DNA of 64,000 nucleotides from Thermoanaerobaculia bacterium (GCA_963664405.1 OY761158.1:4416001-4480000), one strand, 5' to 3'; counted from the stretch's first letter, positions 17,620 through 28,268 are shown. Made by a program: numbers and translations. The notes: generated by a model not told the origin, from the letters alone.

Positions 17620-19388
17620 GGCGGCTGAGAGCTTGAGATCTGCGAGCTGATCCAACAGGGCGTGACGCTGGGTCATGACGGCGTCTCCTCTTGGTAGTAG
17701 GCCTGTCCACGGATGTTGGGGTGCTCGAGGCCGCTCGTCGGTGCCGAGGGCTCGACCTCGAATGGCTGCTGGTCGAGGCCCGACTGCAGGATGGACTTCA
17801 CGTTCTTGTAGGACGGGCTCGAGATGCGCAGCGCTCGCTGGCAGGCCGCCTCCAGACGCTGGGCACCGTAGCGCTTCTCCAAGCGCATCAGGCCCAGGCA
17901 GGAGCGGAAGCCCTGCTGAGGATGACGCTTTGTCGTGAGGATCGTTTCGACCACGTCCCGGGTCGCCTCTCCGGTCTCCTGGGCCTTCTTGAGCAGACCT
18001 TTGGGAGTCCAGCCTCGGATGGACTGGTGCGACTTGGGCATGTGCTCGGTGACGGTGATGTGACCGGGCCCACGCGCGCGGCTGTGCACAGCGACCTGTT
18101 TGCCTTTGTGGAAGACTTCGACCGTGTGGGCCGTGGCTCGTAGATCCAGCTCGGTGGACACGAGCTGGTAGGGCACGCTGTAGAAGTGCTTTTTGTGCTC
18201 GACGTGGTAGTCGCAGCCCACCCTCACCTTTTTCCACTCCGCGAAGCGGTAGCGCTCCCCAGGGAGGGACCGAAGTGCCGGGCGGTCGAGCTTCTCGTAG
18301 AGCTCGCGGCGGGAGGCGCCGAGGTCCTTGCGCTGGCGGTCGTTGAGTCTTGAGAGGAGCTCTCGAATTGCCTGGTTGGCCTCCGCTAGGCTGAAGAAGG
18401 TGTGATTCCTCAGTCGGGCGAGGATCCAGCGCTCGGTCTGGAGCACGGCGTTCTCGACCTTGGCTTTGTCCCGCGGCTTTCTCACCCGCGTGGGCACCAC
18501 TGCGACACCGTAGTGCTCTGCCATCTCGGCGTAAGTGCGGTTTAGCTCTGGCTCGTAGTAGCAAGGACTCTTGACCGCCGTCTTGGTGTTGTCAGGCACG
18601 ACGAGATCGCTCACCCCGCCTAGGAAGTCCCAGGTCCTCACGTGGCAGTCGATCCACTCGGGAAGGGTCTGGTCCCAGCTCGCGTGAGCGAAGGTGTACT
18701 GACTGGCGGCGAGGCAGGCGACAAACAGCGACGCTTCGTGCACCTCGCCGCTGTGGCGATCATGGATCGAGATCGTCTGACCCGCCCAGTCGACCTGGAG
18801 CACCTCTCCGGCCTTGTAGTCCTGGCGCATCGTCACATCGAGCTTCTTCGTGAAGGCTCGGTACAGCTCGCAGAAACGGCTGTAGCCGTAGCCATCCAGG
18901 TGATCTGCCTTGTACTCCTCCCACAACAGCAGCAGGGTGACGCCGGGTCTCCTGTGCTCCCTGTAGATCTCGGCCCAGTCCGGCATCGGCCGAGGCACCC
19001 TGCTGTGCGGCACGGCCGGGTACAGCCGAGCCTCCAACTCCGCATCGTCCATCGAGCGCACCTCGCACCACGTCAGCCCCTTGGCACGCTGCAGGTACTC
19101 GGCAACAGTGCCCTGGCTGACGCCACAGGCCCGCTGCGTCTCACGGTGGGTGCGGCCCAGCTTCCACTTCAGTCGCAATACCTCTCTGATCTTCCTCATC
19201 GTCGTCCTCTTTCGCGGCAACTCGGGCCCTCCTTTCGGAGAGGAGAGTACGAGCTACCCGGTTTCGAGAACTCCCTGAGACACTGCCCGGCCAGCGCGGT
19301 CAGTTTCGTCGGAACCCTTGGTCGAATTCCCCGGAATCACCGGTCAGATTCGATTGGAATCGATGGTCAGTTTCCGCCGGTGTAGGCA
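17620..19388 (-). mobile_element. Truncated IS21-family element (left end, istA, first ~16 codons of istB)
   Basis: Left end TGCCTACACCGGCGGAAACTGACC with TGACC/GATTCC iterations at 19388; istB start MTQRHALLDQLADLKL breaks off. Confidence 0.85.
17673..19220 (-). CDS. istA: IS21-family transposase IstA
   Basis: MRKIREVLRL HTH, QVDWAG, VPDNTK, PRDKAKVE, YSVPY, HPNIRGQAYY. Confidence 0.95.
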   Translation of the reverse strand: MPRKRTTMRKIREVLRLKWKLGRTHRETQRACGVSQGTVAEYLQRAKGLTWCEVRSMDDAELEARLYPAVPHSRVPRPMPDWAEIYREHRRPGVTLLLLWEEYKADHLDGYGYSRFCELYRAFTKKLDVTMRQDYKAGEVLQVDWAGQTISIHDRHSGEVHEASLFVACLAASQYTFAHASWDQTLPEWIDCHVRTWDFLGGVSDLVVPDNTKTAVKSPCYYEPELNRTYAEMAEHYGVAVVPTRVRKPRDKAKVENAVLQTERWILARLRNHTFFSLAEANQAIRELLSRLNDRQRKDLGASRRELYEKLDRPALRSLPGERYRFAEWKKVRVGCDYHVEHKKHFYSVPYQLVSTELDLRATAHTVEVFHKGKQVAVHSRARGPGHITVTEHMPKSHQSIRGWTPKGLLKKAQETGEATRDVVETILTTKRHPQQGFRSCLGLMRLEKRYGAQRLEAACQRALRISSPSYKNVKSILQSGLDQQPFEVEPSAPTSGLEHPNIRGQAYYQEETPS

Positions 19389-19544
19389 ACAGAAGTCCCC
19401 AAACCAGGAGTTGACACCAAAGAAGTCGCCTTCTTCGGGCTAAACGAACTTCCACCGCTGTCGACCGGTAGGACGATCACCTCAGATATCGAGTTGGCGT
19501 TTGAGGCCAAGCACTCTGCCGTCGGCCTCAAAACGTTTGACTAG
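19389..19544 (+). pseudogene. C-terminal fragment of a NUDIX-type hydrolase cut by IS21
   Basis: Reads PKPGVDTKEVAFFGLNELPPLSTGRT...KTFD-stop. Confidence 0.5.
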
Positions 19545-19716
19545 TTAGTTGCTTAAGCAATGCCGTACCAACGATTCGTTGCACCGGGCGCTGGCCGCCC
19601 CACAGACAGACGTCGTCGCCCACGGCTCTAGTCCTGCTCGAGCTGCTCGTCGTCCCGAAGAGCTCGCCAACCAGGAGCTTCAGGCCCTACCCGTCTGATG
19701 AAGATCGATCAACAAA

Positions 19717-19745
19717 CATCCCCCGCATCGGGGGTGCTTTTTCTT
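19717..19745 (+). terminator. Probable intrinsic terminator
   Basis: CCCCCG-cat-CGGGGG stem followed by TGCTTTTTCTT. Confidence 0.5.
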
Positions 19746-19872
19746 GTAGTCTTCCGCAACCTGTCAAGAACGCATCCTCGGGAGTTCGAAGATGAAGAGA
19801 TGTCAGTTCTGTGCCGATCCGATAGAGGCTCCCGGTAGAACGACCGTTTCAGAGCGGGGCGGAGGACGACAT

Positions 19873-21447
19873 ATGCGCAGAATTCTGAGGGTCGCAGCGC
19901 TCGGCATGGTGTTGCCACTGATTGTCCCAATTTCGTCCGACGCCGCCACGGCGCGCGGAGTCGTCTTTCACGATGTTGACGGGGACGGTGCTCGCGATCC
20001 CTCCGAGCCTGGCCTGCCGGGTGTCGGTGTCTCCAACGGTCTGGACATCGTGCGAACGGACGACGCGGGCCGCTACCGGCTCGACGTCGACGAAGACGCC
20101 ATCGTCTTTGTGCTTAAGCCGAGGGGCTACCGCACTCCGATCGACGAAAACCAGATCCCGCGCTTCTACTACATCCACAAACCGGCAGGGTCGCCTGATC
20201 TCGAGTACCCCGGCGTTCAGCCAACGGGAGAGCTTCCCGGCGAAATCGACTTTCCGCTCACTCCGCAGGAGGAGCCGGAGCGCTTCGAGGCGATTCTCAT
20301 GGGCGACCCGCAGCCGCGCAACCAGACGGAGATTGACTACCTCACGCACGATGTCGTGGAGCCGCTGATCGGCACCAGCGCCAAGTTCGGCGTCACGCTC
20401 GGGGACATCATGCACGACGATCTTTCGCTTTTCGGATCGATCAACCGATCCATCGCCCTGATCGGCATCCCCTGGTACAACGTGGTAGGAAACCACGACA
20501 TCAATTTCGACGCGCCGAACGACGCGCTCTCCGACGAGACGTTTGAGAGGACGTACGGTCCGCCCTACTATTCCTTCGACTACGGACCGGTCCACTTCCT
20601 CGTTCTCGACGACGTGTACTGGAAGGGGCGCGTCGAGGACCCTGAAGAGAACGTTGGAGGGAACTACACCGGCGGATTGGGCGACGACCAGCTCGAGTTC
20701 ATTCGCCGGGATCTGGAGGGAGTACCGCCGGAGCAGCTCGTCGTGCTGTTCATGCACATCCCACTTGTGGCGCCATGGATCGAGCCGGAACGGGCCGCTC
20801 TGTACCGGATGCTGGAAGACCGTCCGCTCGCCGTGTCGATCTCGGCGCACTACCACTATCAGGAGCACATCTATCTGACCGTGGAGGACGGCTGGCGGGG
20901 ACCGCAACCGCACCACCATGTGATCGCAGTGACCGCGTGCGGAAGCTGGTGGCGAGGCCTCCCGGATGAGACCGGTGTTCCGGTGACTACGGGCAGGGGC
21001 GGCGCGCCGAACGGTTACCTCACGATGAACTTCGACGGGGCCGGGTACTCCGTGGACTTCCACGCCGCACGGGGCGCATCCCACGAGCAGATGCACGTGT
21101 GGGTGCCGGAGTCGGTTCCCAGACGCATGGCACACCTCACGGAGTTCCTCGTCAACGTGTACAACGGATCCGAGCGATCCCAGGTGGAGTTCCGCATGGA
21201 TGATGCCGGCGAGTGGACTGCCATGCAACAGACCGCGCGAGCCGATCCGTTCTATCAAGCCGTCAAGCGCCGCGAGACCGACGACATGCCGGCGCTATGG
21301 AAGTTGCCGGCCCCGATCCGTTCTCCGCACCTCTGGAGTGCGCGGCTGCCGCGTGGACTCGGTCCGGGTTCTCACCGGCTCCAGGTGCGTACGGTTGATG
21401 CGTGGGGCCGCACATTCGAGTCTGCTCGCGTTTTCCGGGTGGAGTAA
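19873..21447 (+). CDS. Secreted calcineurin-like metallophosphoesterase with N- and C-terminal accessory domains
   Basis: Signal peptide, GVGVSNG, GDPQ, LGDI, GNHD, MHIP, SAHYH, CGSWW. Confidence 0.92.
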   Translation: MRRILRVAALGMVLPLIVPISSDAATARGVVFHDVDGDGARDPSEPGLPGVGVSNGLDIVRTDDAGRYRLDVDEDAIVFVLKPRGYRTPIDENQIPRFYYIHKPAGSPDLEYPGVQPTGELPGEIDFPLTPQEEPERFEAILMGDPQPRNQTEIDYLTHDVVEPLIGTSAKFGVTLGDIMHDDLSLFGSINRSIALIGIPWYNVVGNHDINFDAPNDALSDETFERTYGPPYYSFDYGPVHFLVLDDVYWKGRVEDPEENVGGNYTGGLGDDQLEFIRRDLEGVPPEQLVVLFMHIPLVAPWIEPERAALYRMLEDRPLAVSISAHYHYQEHIYLTVEDGWRGPQPHHHVIAVTACGSWWRGLPDETGVPVTTGRGGAPNGYLTMNFDGAGYSVDFHAARGASHEQMHVWVPESVPRRMAHLTEFLVNVYNGSERSQVEFRMDDAGEWTAMQQTARADPFYQAVKRRETDDMPALWKLPAPIRSPHLWSARLPRGLGPGSHRLQVRTVDAWGRTFESARVFRVE

Positions 21448-21670
21448 TGATCGCTTCTCGACCGATCGTAGACAGGGCCGCCTGATCCCGGCCGCGCGCC
21501 GATGTGCCGGAGGATCTTGGCAACAACACGGGGCCGAAGATGAAGGCCTAGAGCCCCGGGAAGGGCTTTAGAGTCAGGAAGCTGTCCTTCGTTCTGTCAC
21601 CTCCCGCTGCAGAAGGTGCCAGTGACACCTCCCGGGTTGCATTTGGGTCGGCAAGTCTCATCCCCGCCGA

Positions 21671-22210
21671 CTATGTCGCTCCGGGCCAGTGGTAGAAGAT
21701 GTTGGGCTCGCCGTTGAAGCGGTTGATGCCGGTCTGGCCAGGGACGAATCCGTGCCGTTCGTAGAAGGACCTGGCAGCCGAGTTCCTTTGAAGCGTATGG
21801 AGCCCAAGGCCCCTCGGAGAGAGCACCTTTGCCCGCTTCAATAGCGCGGCGCCTACGCCCCCATGCTGGTGATGCGGGTCGACCCAGATCTGATCAAGGT
21901 AATGATCTTCAACGAACGCGACCAGGAACCCGACGATCGTGCCGGAACTCGCGGCGACCCACACGTCACCGAGAGGACAGAGCTCCTGGATAAACCGCCG
22001 GCGCCAGGTCTCGATCGGATCCGGATGACAGAGATCCGGGAATGTCGTGTGCCAGGTCGTAAACCAGAGGTCGACGACTGCATCCAGGTCGGCGTCTCCG
22101 TACGGACGGACAACCAGCAACTTTTTCTCCAACCCTGCATCCCCCGGAGTCTCGGCGGAGAGAGATAGCCGACCCCCGATCACGTGTGCAAGGTACCGGA
22201 CCGAGAGCAC
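21671..22210 (-). CDS. GNAT family N-acetyltransferase (start uncertain)
   Basis: LDQIWVDPHHQHGGVG, NSAARSFYERHGF. Confidence 0.85.
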   Translation of the reverse strand: MLSVRYLAHVIGGRLSLSAETPGDAGLEKKLLVVRPYGDADLDAVVDLWFTTWHTTFPDLCHPDPIETWRRRFIQELCPLGDVWVAASSGTIVGFLVAFVEDHYLDQIWVDPHHQHGGVGAALLKRAKVLSPRGLGLHTLQRNSAARSFYERHGFVPGQTGINRFNGEPNIFYHWPGAT

Positions 22211-22430
22211 CGCATGAGGGCCATTGCGTTCGCTCGGGCGTCTATGAATTGCCGCGACTTGCTCGACAACCTGGACATCGAGTCCTGTCTCCTCGAGGGT
22301 CTCACGAATGGCGGTCTCCTCTGGCGCTTCTGACGGCTCGACCTAGCCGCACGGCAAACACCAGCAGCCGTCGTCGTTGAGACGGACGAGGCGCAACAGC
22401 CAGCGTCGTCGAACACCGCCGCGTATGGCC

Positions 22431-22841
22431 TCAAGGGTTCCTCGTGGCCATGATCAGCTGAGTCTGAGTCACAACAGCGACCAACTTGCCGTCCTCACGG
22501 TAGATTTCGGTGCGCCATACCATCGTTGTGCGCCCCTTGTGAATCGGCGTGCAGACGCCGCGCAAGGTGTTTCCTTCCGGGGCTCCCCGCAGAAAGTTCG
22601 TCTTGCTTTCGAGGGTCGTCGTTCTCGCCCCTTCCGGCAGACTCGCGGAGGTGGAGACTGCCCCCATCGTGTCCGCGAAGGACATGAGAGACCCACCATG
22701 CGCAATGTTCCGAGCGGTACACATGTCTTCGCGCACTAGCATCCTTGCCTCGACCCGCTCGGGTGTGATGTCGGTGTAGACAACGCCTAGCAGTTTCGTG
22801 AACGGAGTCCGGCGTTCATTCACCGTGTCGATCAGGTTCAT
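22431..22841 (-). CDS. PaaI-family hotdog thioesterase
   Basis: HGGSLMSFAD, TTTLESKTNF, HKGRTTMVW. Confidence 0.92.
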   Translation of the reverse strand: MNLIDTVNERRTPFTKLLGVVYTDITPERVEARMLVREDMCTARNIAHGGSLMSFADTMGAVSTSASLPEGARTTTLESKTNFLRGAPEGNTLRGVCTPIHKGRTTMVWRTEIYREDGKLVAVVTQTQLIMATRNP

Positions 22842-23007
22842 GTGCTGCTACCTACGGAGGTGGATTTGTCGAGCTGCTCAATGTACCGGGGGACTATTCT
22901 ATCTCCTGACTACTACTGCTCGCGGCACTGGGGTTCCGCAGTGCAGTGTCAACGGTTTCGCCTGTTTGATGACCTCGAGCATCTTCTCGAATGCCTAGAG
23001 GATTGTG

Positions 23008-23531
23008 TTATGACTGGCGTAACCGCTTCTCAAAGAACACCATTTCGAATCCGCGATGGGTCGATCGCTCTATCTCGGTGTAGCCACTACTTTCGTAAAG
23101 TGCCGTCGCCGCCACCTGTTGGACCGTTGTGTCAAGGATGATTCGCGCATACCCGAGTTTGCCTGCGCGCGCTTCCAGCTCCTTGAGAATTGACCTACCG
23201 ACCCCTTGACGCTGCTTTTCAGGGTGCACTCGCATCCGCTGATCTCCGCTTCGTCCTCGGAACGGCGGCGAAGTGCGCCCATTCCAACGATCCTCCCACG
23301 CGTTTCTGCAACGAGAAAGTCGCCTTTGTTGCCCAGGTAGACTGCCTGGATATCCTCCAGATCATCGTCCCACGGCCCCGGGCCGAGGTTGGTGCCGGTC
23401 TGATCTAAGCCGAGGACGTGAAGCTCCCTGATCGCGGCTAGGTCCGAATTCCGGAATTGTCGGATCACCGGACGGACCAAAGGTCGCTGTTCACTGGGGA
23501 GCCGGGGCATTGATGTCGAGCGATCCGTCAC
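23008..23531 (-). pseudogene. Frameshifted GNAT, close paralog of 1575-2030
   Basis: Near-identical DNA; one T missing at ~23240 (CCGCTGATC vs CCGCTTGATC) splits the ORF. Confidence 0.85.
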
Positions 23532-23550
23532 CTAACACGGTGAGTCTCTC

Positions 23551-26001
23551 CTAGTCCCCCCGCAAGGCGAGTGTGGGATCGGTGGTCGCCGCTCTCCAGG
23601 CAGGGACGAGCATCGCAATAAGAGTTGTGCCGCCGACAACTAGGACGACAGCCAGCAGGGACGCCGGGTCCGTCGCCGTGACTCCGAAGAGAAACCTCGC
23701 GGCAACCTGCCTCACAGCGAAGGCTCCACTGAGCCCCACTGCGATTCCAACGGCAAGGGGCCAGGTGCCCTGTACGAGAACTAGGTGAGTGAGTCTTCTG
23801 GGGGTGGATCCTAGGGCGGTACGAATGGCGAACTCTCGACTGCGGCTCGAGGCAAGGAAAGCGAGGACCCCGTAGATGCCCACACTGGCGAGGATTAGAG
23901 CCAGGGCACCGAATCCACTCGTCACTGCGGCCCTGAACTCTTGGGGGGCGAGAGATCGACGAAGCACTTCGTTCATGGATGTGACTCGGCGCATCGGATG
24001 ATTCGCGCCGAGGGCCCGCACTCGCTCTCTCATGGCAGCAATGAGGGTTCCCGAATCGGCATCCGACTTCACTACAATGAAGACTGCCCCTAGTACGTGG
24101 CCGCCAAGGGGATCGGCCATCTGATCAAGCGGAACGTAGAGGCTGTCCCATCGCCGGCTCTCTCCGAGCCCGAGCTCGCTGACGTCGCCGACGACGCCAA
24201 CCACAGTCCGCGGCGGGTGCTCGTAGATCGAATCTGGGAAAATGTCGACTCTCTTTCCAATCGGATCCTCGCCCGGCCAATGTCGCTGTGCAGCCGTCTC
24301 GCTAACGAGCGCAACGGGTGGAGATCCGTCACGATCAGCTTCTACGAAGCCGCGCCCGTGCAGCAACGGAATCTGCATGGTTTCAAGATAGGTCGGGCTG
24401 ATGCCCCTAAACTGTGCGGCGACCTGTCCTTCCCTAGCGGGACCTGGCACATACCGGCTCGTATCAATATAGGGCAAGACCGCCGTGCTCTGCACCGGGA
24501 GCGACGTAGTAGCGCCGACCGACGTCACTCCAGGGAGCCCGTCAAACTGCACCAGTAGGTCGCTTGTCAACGTTCCTAGGCGCAGCGCCGCCGCGTCTTC
24601 GGTTCCAGACCGGCGCAGCTCCAGAGCAAAAACGTTGCCCGGGTTGAAACCTGGGTCCACAGCTTCCAAGAGGTTGTAGCTTCTAATCAGGAGGGTCGCC
24701 GTCAATACTGCGAGAACGGTCAATGCAATCTCGGACGCTACGAGAAGCTGGCGGCCCAGACGGGCTCGTCTTCCGACTGCTGAGGTGCTCGTCCCTTGCC
24801 TGAGATTGTCGACGGACTCCTTCTTCACGGCCTGCAACGAGGGAACCGTCGCGAGCGCTGCCAGCAGCGTCGTAGCCAGAACGAACCCCAGGACCCTCCA
24901 GTCAATCACGGGTAGCGGGGCCGACTCAAGGATGGTTGGGTTAACGGCCACCAGCCACCGGTTGAGGCCGATGGTGAGCATTAGACCGAGGGCGGCTCCG
25001 GCACCGGCAAGGAGGAGCGTCTCCACGAGCAGCGGGTTGAGCGCTCGACGCGTGCTCGCACCGAGGGCTTGTCGGATCGCGATTTCGCGGGCGCGCGGTG
25101 CCACGCGAACGAGCTGAAGGTTGGCGACATTGGCGCAGGCAAGAAGAAGAAGGAAGCCGGATGCCGAGAGCAAGAGGAGCAGTGTGGGCTTGCGACCGCC
25201 GAATCGGAATTGCTGGAAGGGGCGTAGGGACACCCCCTCCGCGTCGGCTGGCAGGCCAGCGCGCTCGAGCCCTCGACTGTGAACCAGCCGAAGCTCCTGC
25301 AGGGCGCTCTCGAGGTCGACGCCGTCGCGCAGCCGTCCGGTAACCCGCCCGAAGTATCCCCGATCGACCGAAGCGTCTATGGCGAGCGGCAGCAGGACTT
25401 CGAGCTCGAAAGGTGGTGGAGTCGTTGCAGAGAGAACCCCCACCAACGTGAGACTCCTCCCGCCCAGGTCGAGTGGATGACCCAATACTGTCGGATCGCC
25501 CGCGAACCTGCTGAGCCAGAGTTCATGACCAATAACGACTTCGGTGGGCGGCCCCGGTGGAGGTTCTTCGAGTGTGAAGCCGGGCCCCGCGGCCAACTCA
25601 AGGCCGAAGGTCTCGAAGAAGCTGTTCGTCACCCGAGAGCCCGAAACCCATTCCGTCTCGGAATCCCACTGAACGCTGAAGAGGTCTGGAGGAGTAGACG
25701 CGGCGAGGGATCGGAAGACAGTGCTGTTGTCTCGCCATTGCGCGTAGTGGCGATCGCTGACGTACTGCCCCAAACGACCGTTCTGTACTGTTTCCAGCTG
25801 CACGAGACGGCTGGGCTCGGGAAAGTCTAGCGGCCGTAAGAACAGTGAGCTGAAGACGCTGAAGATCGAGCAGTTGATGCCAATGCCCAAAGCGAGCAGG
25901 AGGATTCCCGCGCCCGTAGCGACTGGCGTTCTTCGGAGGACGCGGGCTGCAATGACCAGATCGTTCAATCTTTTAAGGAGTCTAGCCCTCTCGGACTCCA
26001 T
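23551..26001 (-). CDS. ADOP/MacB-FtsX-type duplicated ABC permease
   Basis: LALGIGIN, LLLACANVANL, REIAIRQALGA, GFNPGNV, GIYGVLA..REFAIRTALG; start approximate. Confidence 0.9.
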   Translation of the reverse strand: MESERARLLKRLNDLVIAARVLRRTPVATGAGILLLALGIGINCSIFSVFSSLFLRPLDFPEPSRLVQLETVQNGRLGQYVSDRHYAQWRDNSTVFRSLAASTPPDLFSVQWDSETEWVSGSRVTNSFFETFGLELAAGPGFTLEEPPPGPPTEVVIGHELWLSRFAGDPTVLGHPLDLGGRSLTLVGVLSATTPPPFELEVLLPLAIDASVDRGYFGRVTGRLRDGVDLESALQELRLVHSRGLERAGLPADAEGVSLRPFQQFRFGGRKPTLLLLLSASGFLLLLACANVANLQLVRVAPRAREIAIRQALGASTRRALNPLLVETLLLAGAGAALGLMLTIGLNRWLVAVNPTILESAPLPVIDWRVLGFVLATTLLAALATVPSLQAVKKESVDNLRQGTSTSAVGRRARLGRQLLVASEIALTVLAVLTATLLIRSYNLLEAVDPGFNPGNVFALELRRSGTEDAAALRLGTLTSDLLVQFDGLPGVTSVGATTSLPVQSTAVLPYIDTSRYVPGPAREGQVAAQFRGISPTYLETMQIPLLHGRGFVEADRDGSPPVALVSETAAQRHWPGEDPIGKRVDIFPDSIYEHPPRTVVGVVGDVSELGLGESRRWDSLYVPLDQMADPLGGHVLGAVFIVVKSDADSGTLIAAMRERVRALGANHPMRRVTSMNEVLRRSLAPQEFRAAVTSGFGALALILASVGIYGVLAFLASSRSREFAIRTALGSTPRRLTHLVLVQGTWPLAVGIAVGLSGAFAVRQVAARFLFGVTATDPASLLAVVLVVGGTTLIAMLVPAWRAATTDPTLALRGD

Positions 26002-26092
26002 CTCAAGCGTGCGCCGCTGCGACCCTGGTGTCGAATACCAGCGCCGGGCCATCGGTGGGGATAGCACGAACGACGTGTCGACACCGTATCGT

Positions 26093-26369
26093 CTACAGAC
26101 TGTGAAACTCCATGCGTATCGTCTTTGAGGAGTCGGCTTGCCGATACGTTCGCTTGAACCTCTCGCCTAGCTGCACCTCGACGTTCCAGCCTTCGACGAG
26201 GACACCGAGCTCCGGAGATGGTGCGTCCGGTGGGTAGGCGAGAACCGGGTATTCGGTGAACAGAGTGTCGAGGAACGGCACCACGAAGGCGTCATACCGC
26301 TCCGAGTCCGAGGCATGGTTCTCCCAGAGCGAACTCAGGAGCACCATCGGCGCGGGATACCTCGCCTCG
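26093..26369 (-). pseudogene. 3' fragment duplicating 7801-8077 (~95% identity by eye)
   Basis: Direct sequence match ending exactly at the IS6 inverted repeat. Confidence 0.9.
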
Positions 26370-27076
26370 GTATTGTCAACTTAGCGCTGTCGGAGCGAGT
26401 CGGTGCCGCGGTCGATGGCAGAGTCCGCGTTCAGCAGACGCACGTCACCTGCCGCCAGACTCCGAAGGAACGATCTCGCAGCGTGCGATGGTTGGGTGCG
26501 CTGACGAGGTGACGGCCAAGACGGAACAGGTTCAGGATGATCCCGTGAACAGAGAGGAATCGCTGCGCGTGTTCGGCCGACTTGAACCTCCGCATCTGGC
26601 GCTCCCGCTGTCGGGTCGGCTGGTGCGACACCTCAGCTCGATTGTTCGCGTACTGCTTCGTGTCGTGCCTGACCGAAGGCATGGTGGCTCGGTGGGCTGC
26701 CCCGTAGCTCCTCAGCTTGTCGGTCACCAGCCGCAGTGGCTCGGCTCCTTGGCCCTTCAATAGCTTGCGGAAGAAGCGTTCTGCGGCACGCCGATCGCGG
26801 CGGGACTGAACGAGGATGTCGATCAGGTCGCCGTCCTGGTCCACGGCACGCCAAAGATACTGCCTCCGGCCTTGGATCGAGACGAAGAGCTCGTCCAGGA
26901 ACCAAGTGTCACCCAGACGACCCTGACGCCGCTTCAGGCCGCGAGCGTATTCGGAGCCGAATTTCCTGCACCATTGACGGATGGCCTCATAGGAGACATC
27001 GATTCCGCGCTCCGCCAAGAGATCCTCGACGTCGCGGAAGCTCAGGCAGAACCGATGGTACAGCCAGACGGCGTGA
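26369..27076 (-). mobile_element. IS6-family element truncated at its left end
   Basis: IR GGTATTGTCAACTTA at 26369; transposase motifs HAVWLYHRF, WFLDE, YLWRAVD, VTDKLRSY, NNRAEVSH; N-terminus and IRL missing. Confidence 0.9.
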
Positions 27077-27173
27077 CCCTTGGTAGCGCGCCCTCGCGTG
27101 CCCGACGGATTGCCGGCACTCTGTGCCCGACCGGCTCCAGAGTCGTTTAAGATCTCGCTCGGAAGCGTTCCCG

Positions 27174-27854
27174 ATGATCTATGCCCTCACCTTCATCTTG
27201 GGTTTTTGCAGCATTGCCTACGAGCTGCTTCTCGGCCAATCTCTATCGGCGTTCTTGGGCAACACGGTGCTGCGCTACAGCGTCACGATCGGTCTCTATA
27301 TGTTTTCGATGGGGGTGGGCTCGCTGATTGCCGAAGGACGGCGAGTCGCCCACCCGGTCGTTGCACTGTTGAAGATCGAGCTCCTGCTCACCTTGACCGG
27401 CGGCTTTTCAGTGCTCGTCCTGCTAGCGCTCAACTCGGTGGGCTCGCCGGACATCCTGTTCTCCGCTCTTGCACATCTACTGATCGTGGTCATCGGTGTC
27501 TTGACCGGCGTCGAGATCCCGCTACTCGTCGAGCTGAAGAGCCTCGAGCAGCGTAAGGCGGAGAGCTCGATCATCGGTGTCGACTATCTCGGGGCCTTCG
27601 CCGGCACGGTCGTCTTCGCCTTTGTCTTCTACCCGAGAGTGGGTCTCATCGCCACCGCCTTCTATGTCGCTGCGCTCAACGCCTTCGTCGGCATCTGCCT
27701 GATCTCGCAGGGAGCGAAGGTAAAGCGATCGCGTCGGCGTCAGTACCGCGGTCTTTTGGCCTGCCAATCGGCCCTGCTCGTCGTTCTCTTCCTCTGCCTC
27801 AGATCCGCCGACACCATCACCGAGATCTTTCTCGAAAAGTACCTCGCTTCTTGA
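27174..27854 (+). CDS. Stand-alone membrane domain of the SpeE-like (polyamine aminopropyltransferase) family
   Basis: FCSIAYELLL..SVTIGLYMFSMGVGS..GVEIPL..DYLGA, homologous to the N-terminus of 35928-37475 but with no catalytic domain. Confidence 0.8.
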   Translation: MIYALTFILGFCSIAYELLLGQSLSAFLGNTVLRYSVTIGLYMFSMGVGSLIAEGRRVAHPVVALLKIELLLTLTGGFSVLVLLALNSVGSPDILFSALAHLLIVVIGVLTGVEIPLLVELKSLEQRKAESSIIGVDYLGAFAGTVVFAFVFYPRVGLIATAFYVAALNAFVGICLISQGAKVKRSRRRQYRGLLACQSALLVVLFLCLRSADTITEIFLEKYLAS

Positions 27855-27861
27855 GCCAACC

Positions 27862-28248
27862 ATGACAATGCGCCACGACTTCGGTGAGCACTTCCTGATC
27901 GATCTCTTCGGGTGCGACGCCGAATCGATCAAGTACGTCGCGCCGGCGCGGGAAGTGCTGCTGCGCGCCGCGCGGGACTGTGGCGCGACCGTGATCGGCG
28001 ATCTGTTTCACCAATTCGAGCCCTACGGGGTCAGCGGTGTGGTGCTGATCGCCGAGTCTCACTTCAGTCTCCACACCTGGCCGGAGAACGAGTACGCCGC
28101 GTTGGACATCCTCACCTGCGGGGACATGGACGCGGAGGTCGCGATAGAGATCATGAAGCAGGGCTACGGGGCACGGACCTCACGCCTGCGCCGCTTGGTG
28201 CGGGGACAGCCGGATGACGAATGGCACGGAACCCGGTCGCGACCCTGA
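27862..28248 (+). CDS. speD: S-adenosylmethionine decarboxylase proenzyme
   Basis: HQFEPYGVSGVVLIAE/SHFSLHTWPE with the E-S pyruvoyl cleavage site; DILTCG. Confidence 0.93.
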   Translation: MTMRHDFGEHFLIDLFGCDAESIKYVAPAREVLLRAARDCGATVIGDLFHQFEPYGVSGVVLIAESHFSLHTWPENEYAALDILTCGDMDAEVAIEIMKQGYGARTSRLRRLVRGQPDDEWHGTRSRP

Positions 28249-28268
28249 TCTTGGCAGGCCGGGTGGCC

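Noticed and set aside
10360-19388. Composite transposon bounded by the two IS21-type ends
   Set aside because: Both ends point the same way and differ in sequence; no shared target duplication
19695-19715. Hammerhead ribozyme core (CTGATGA)
   Set aside because: No properly placed GAAA and no flanking stems
19849-21258. Long antisense ORF (469 aa); likewise 36156-37556, 51481-52548, 7846-8883 and 28529-29200
   Set aside because: Shadow frames of well-supported genes on the opposite strand in GC-rich DNA; no motifs of their own
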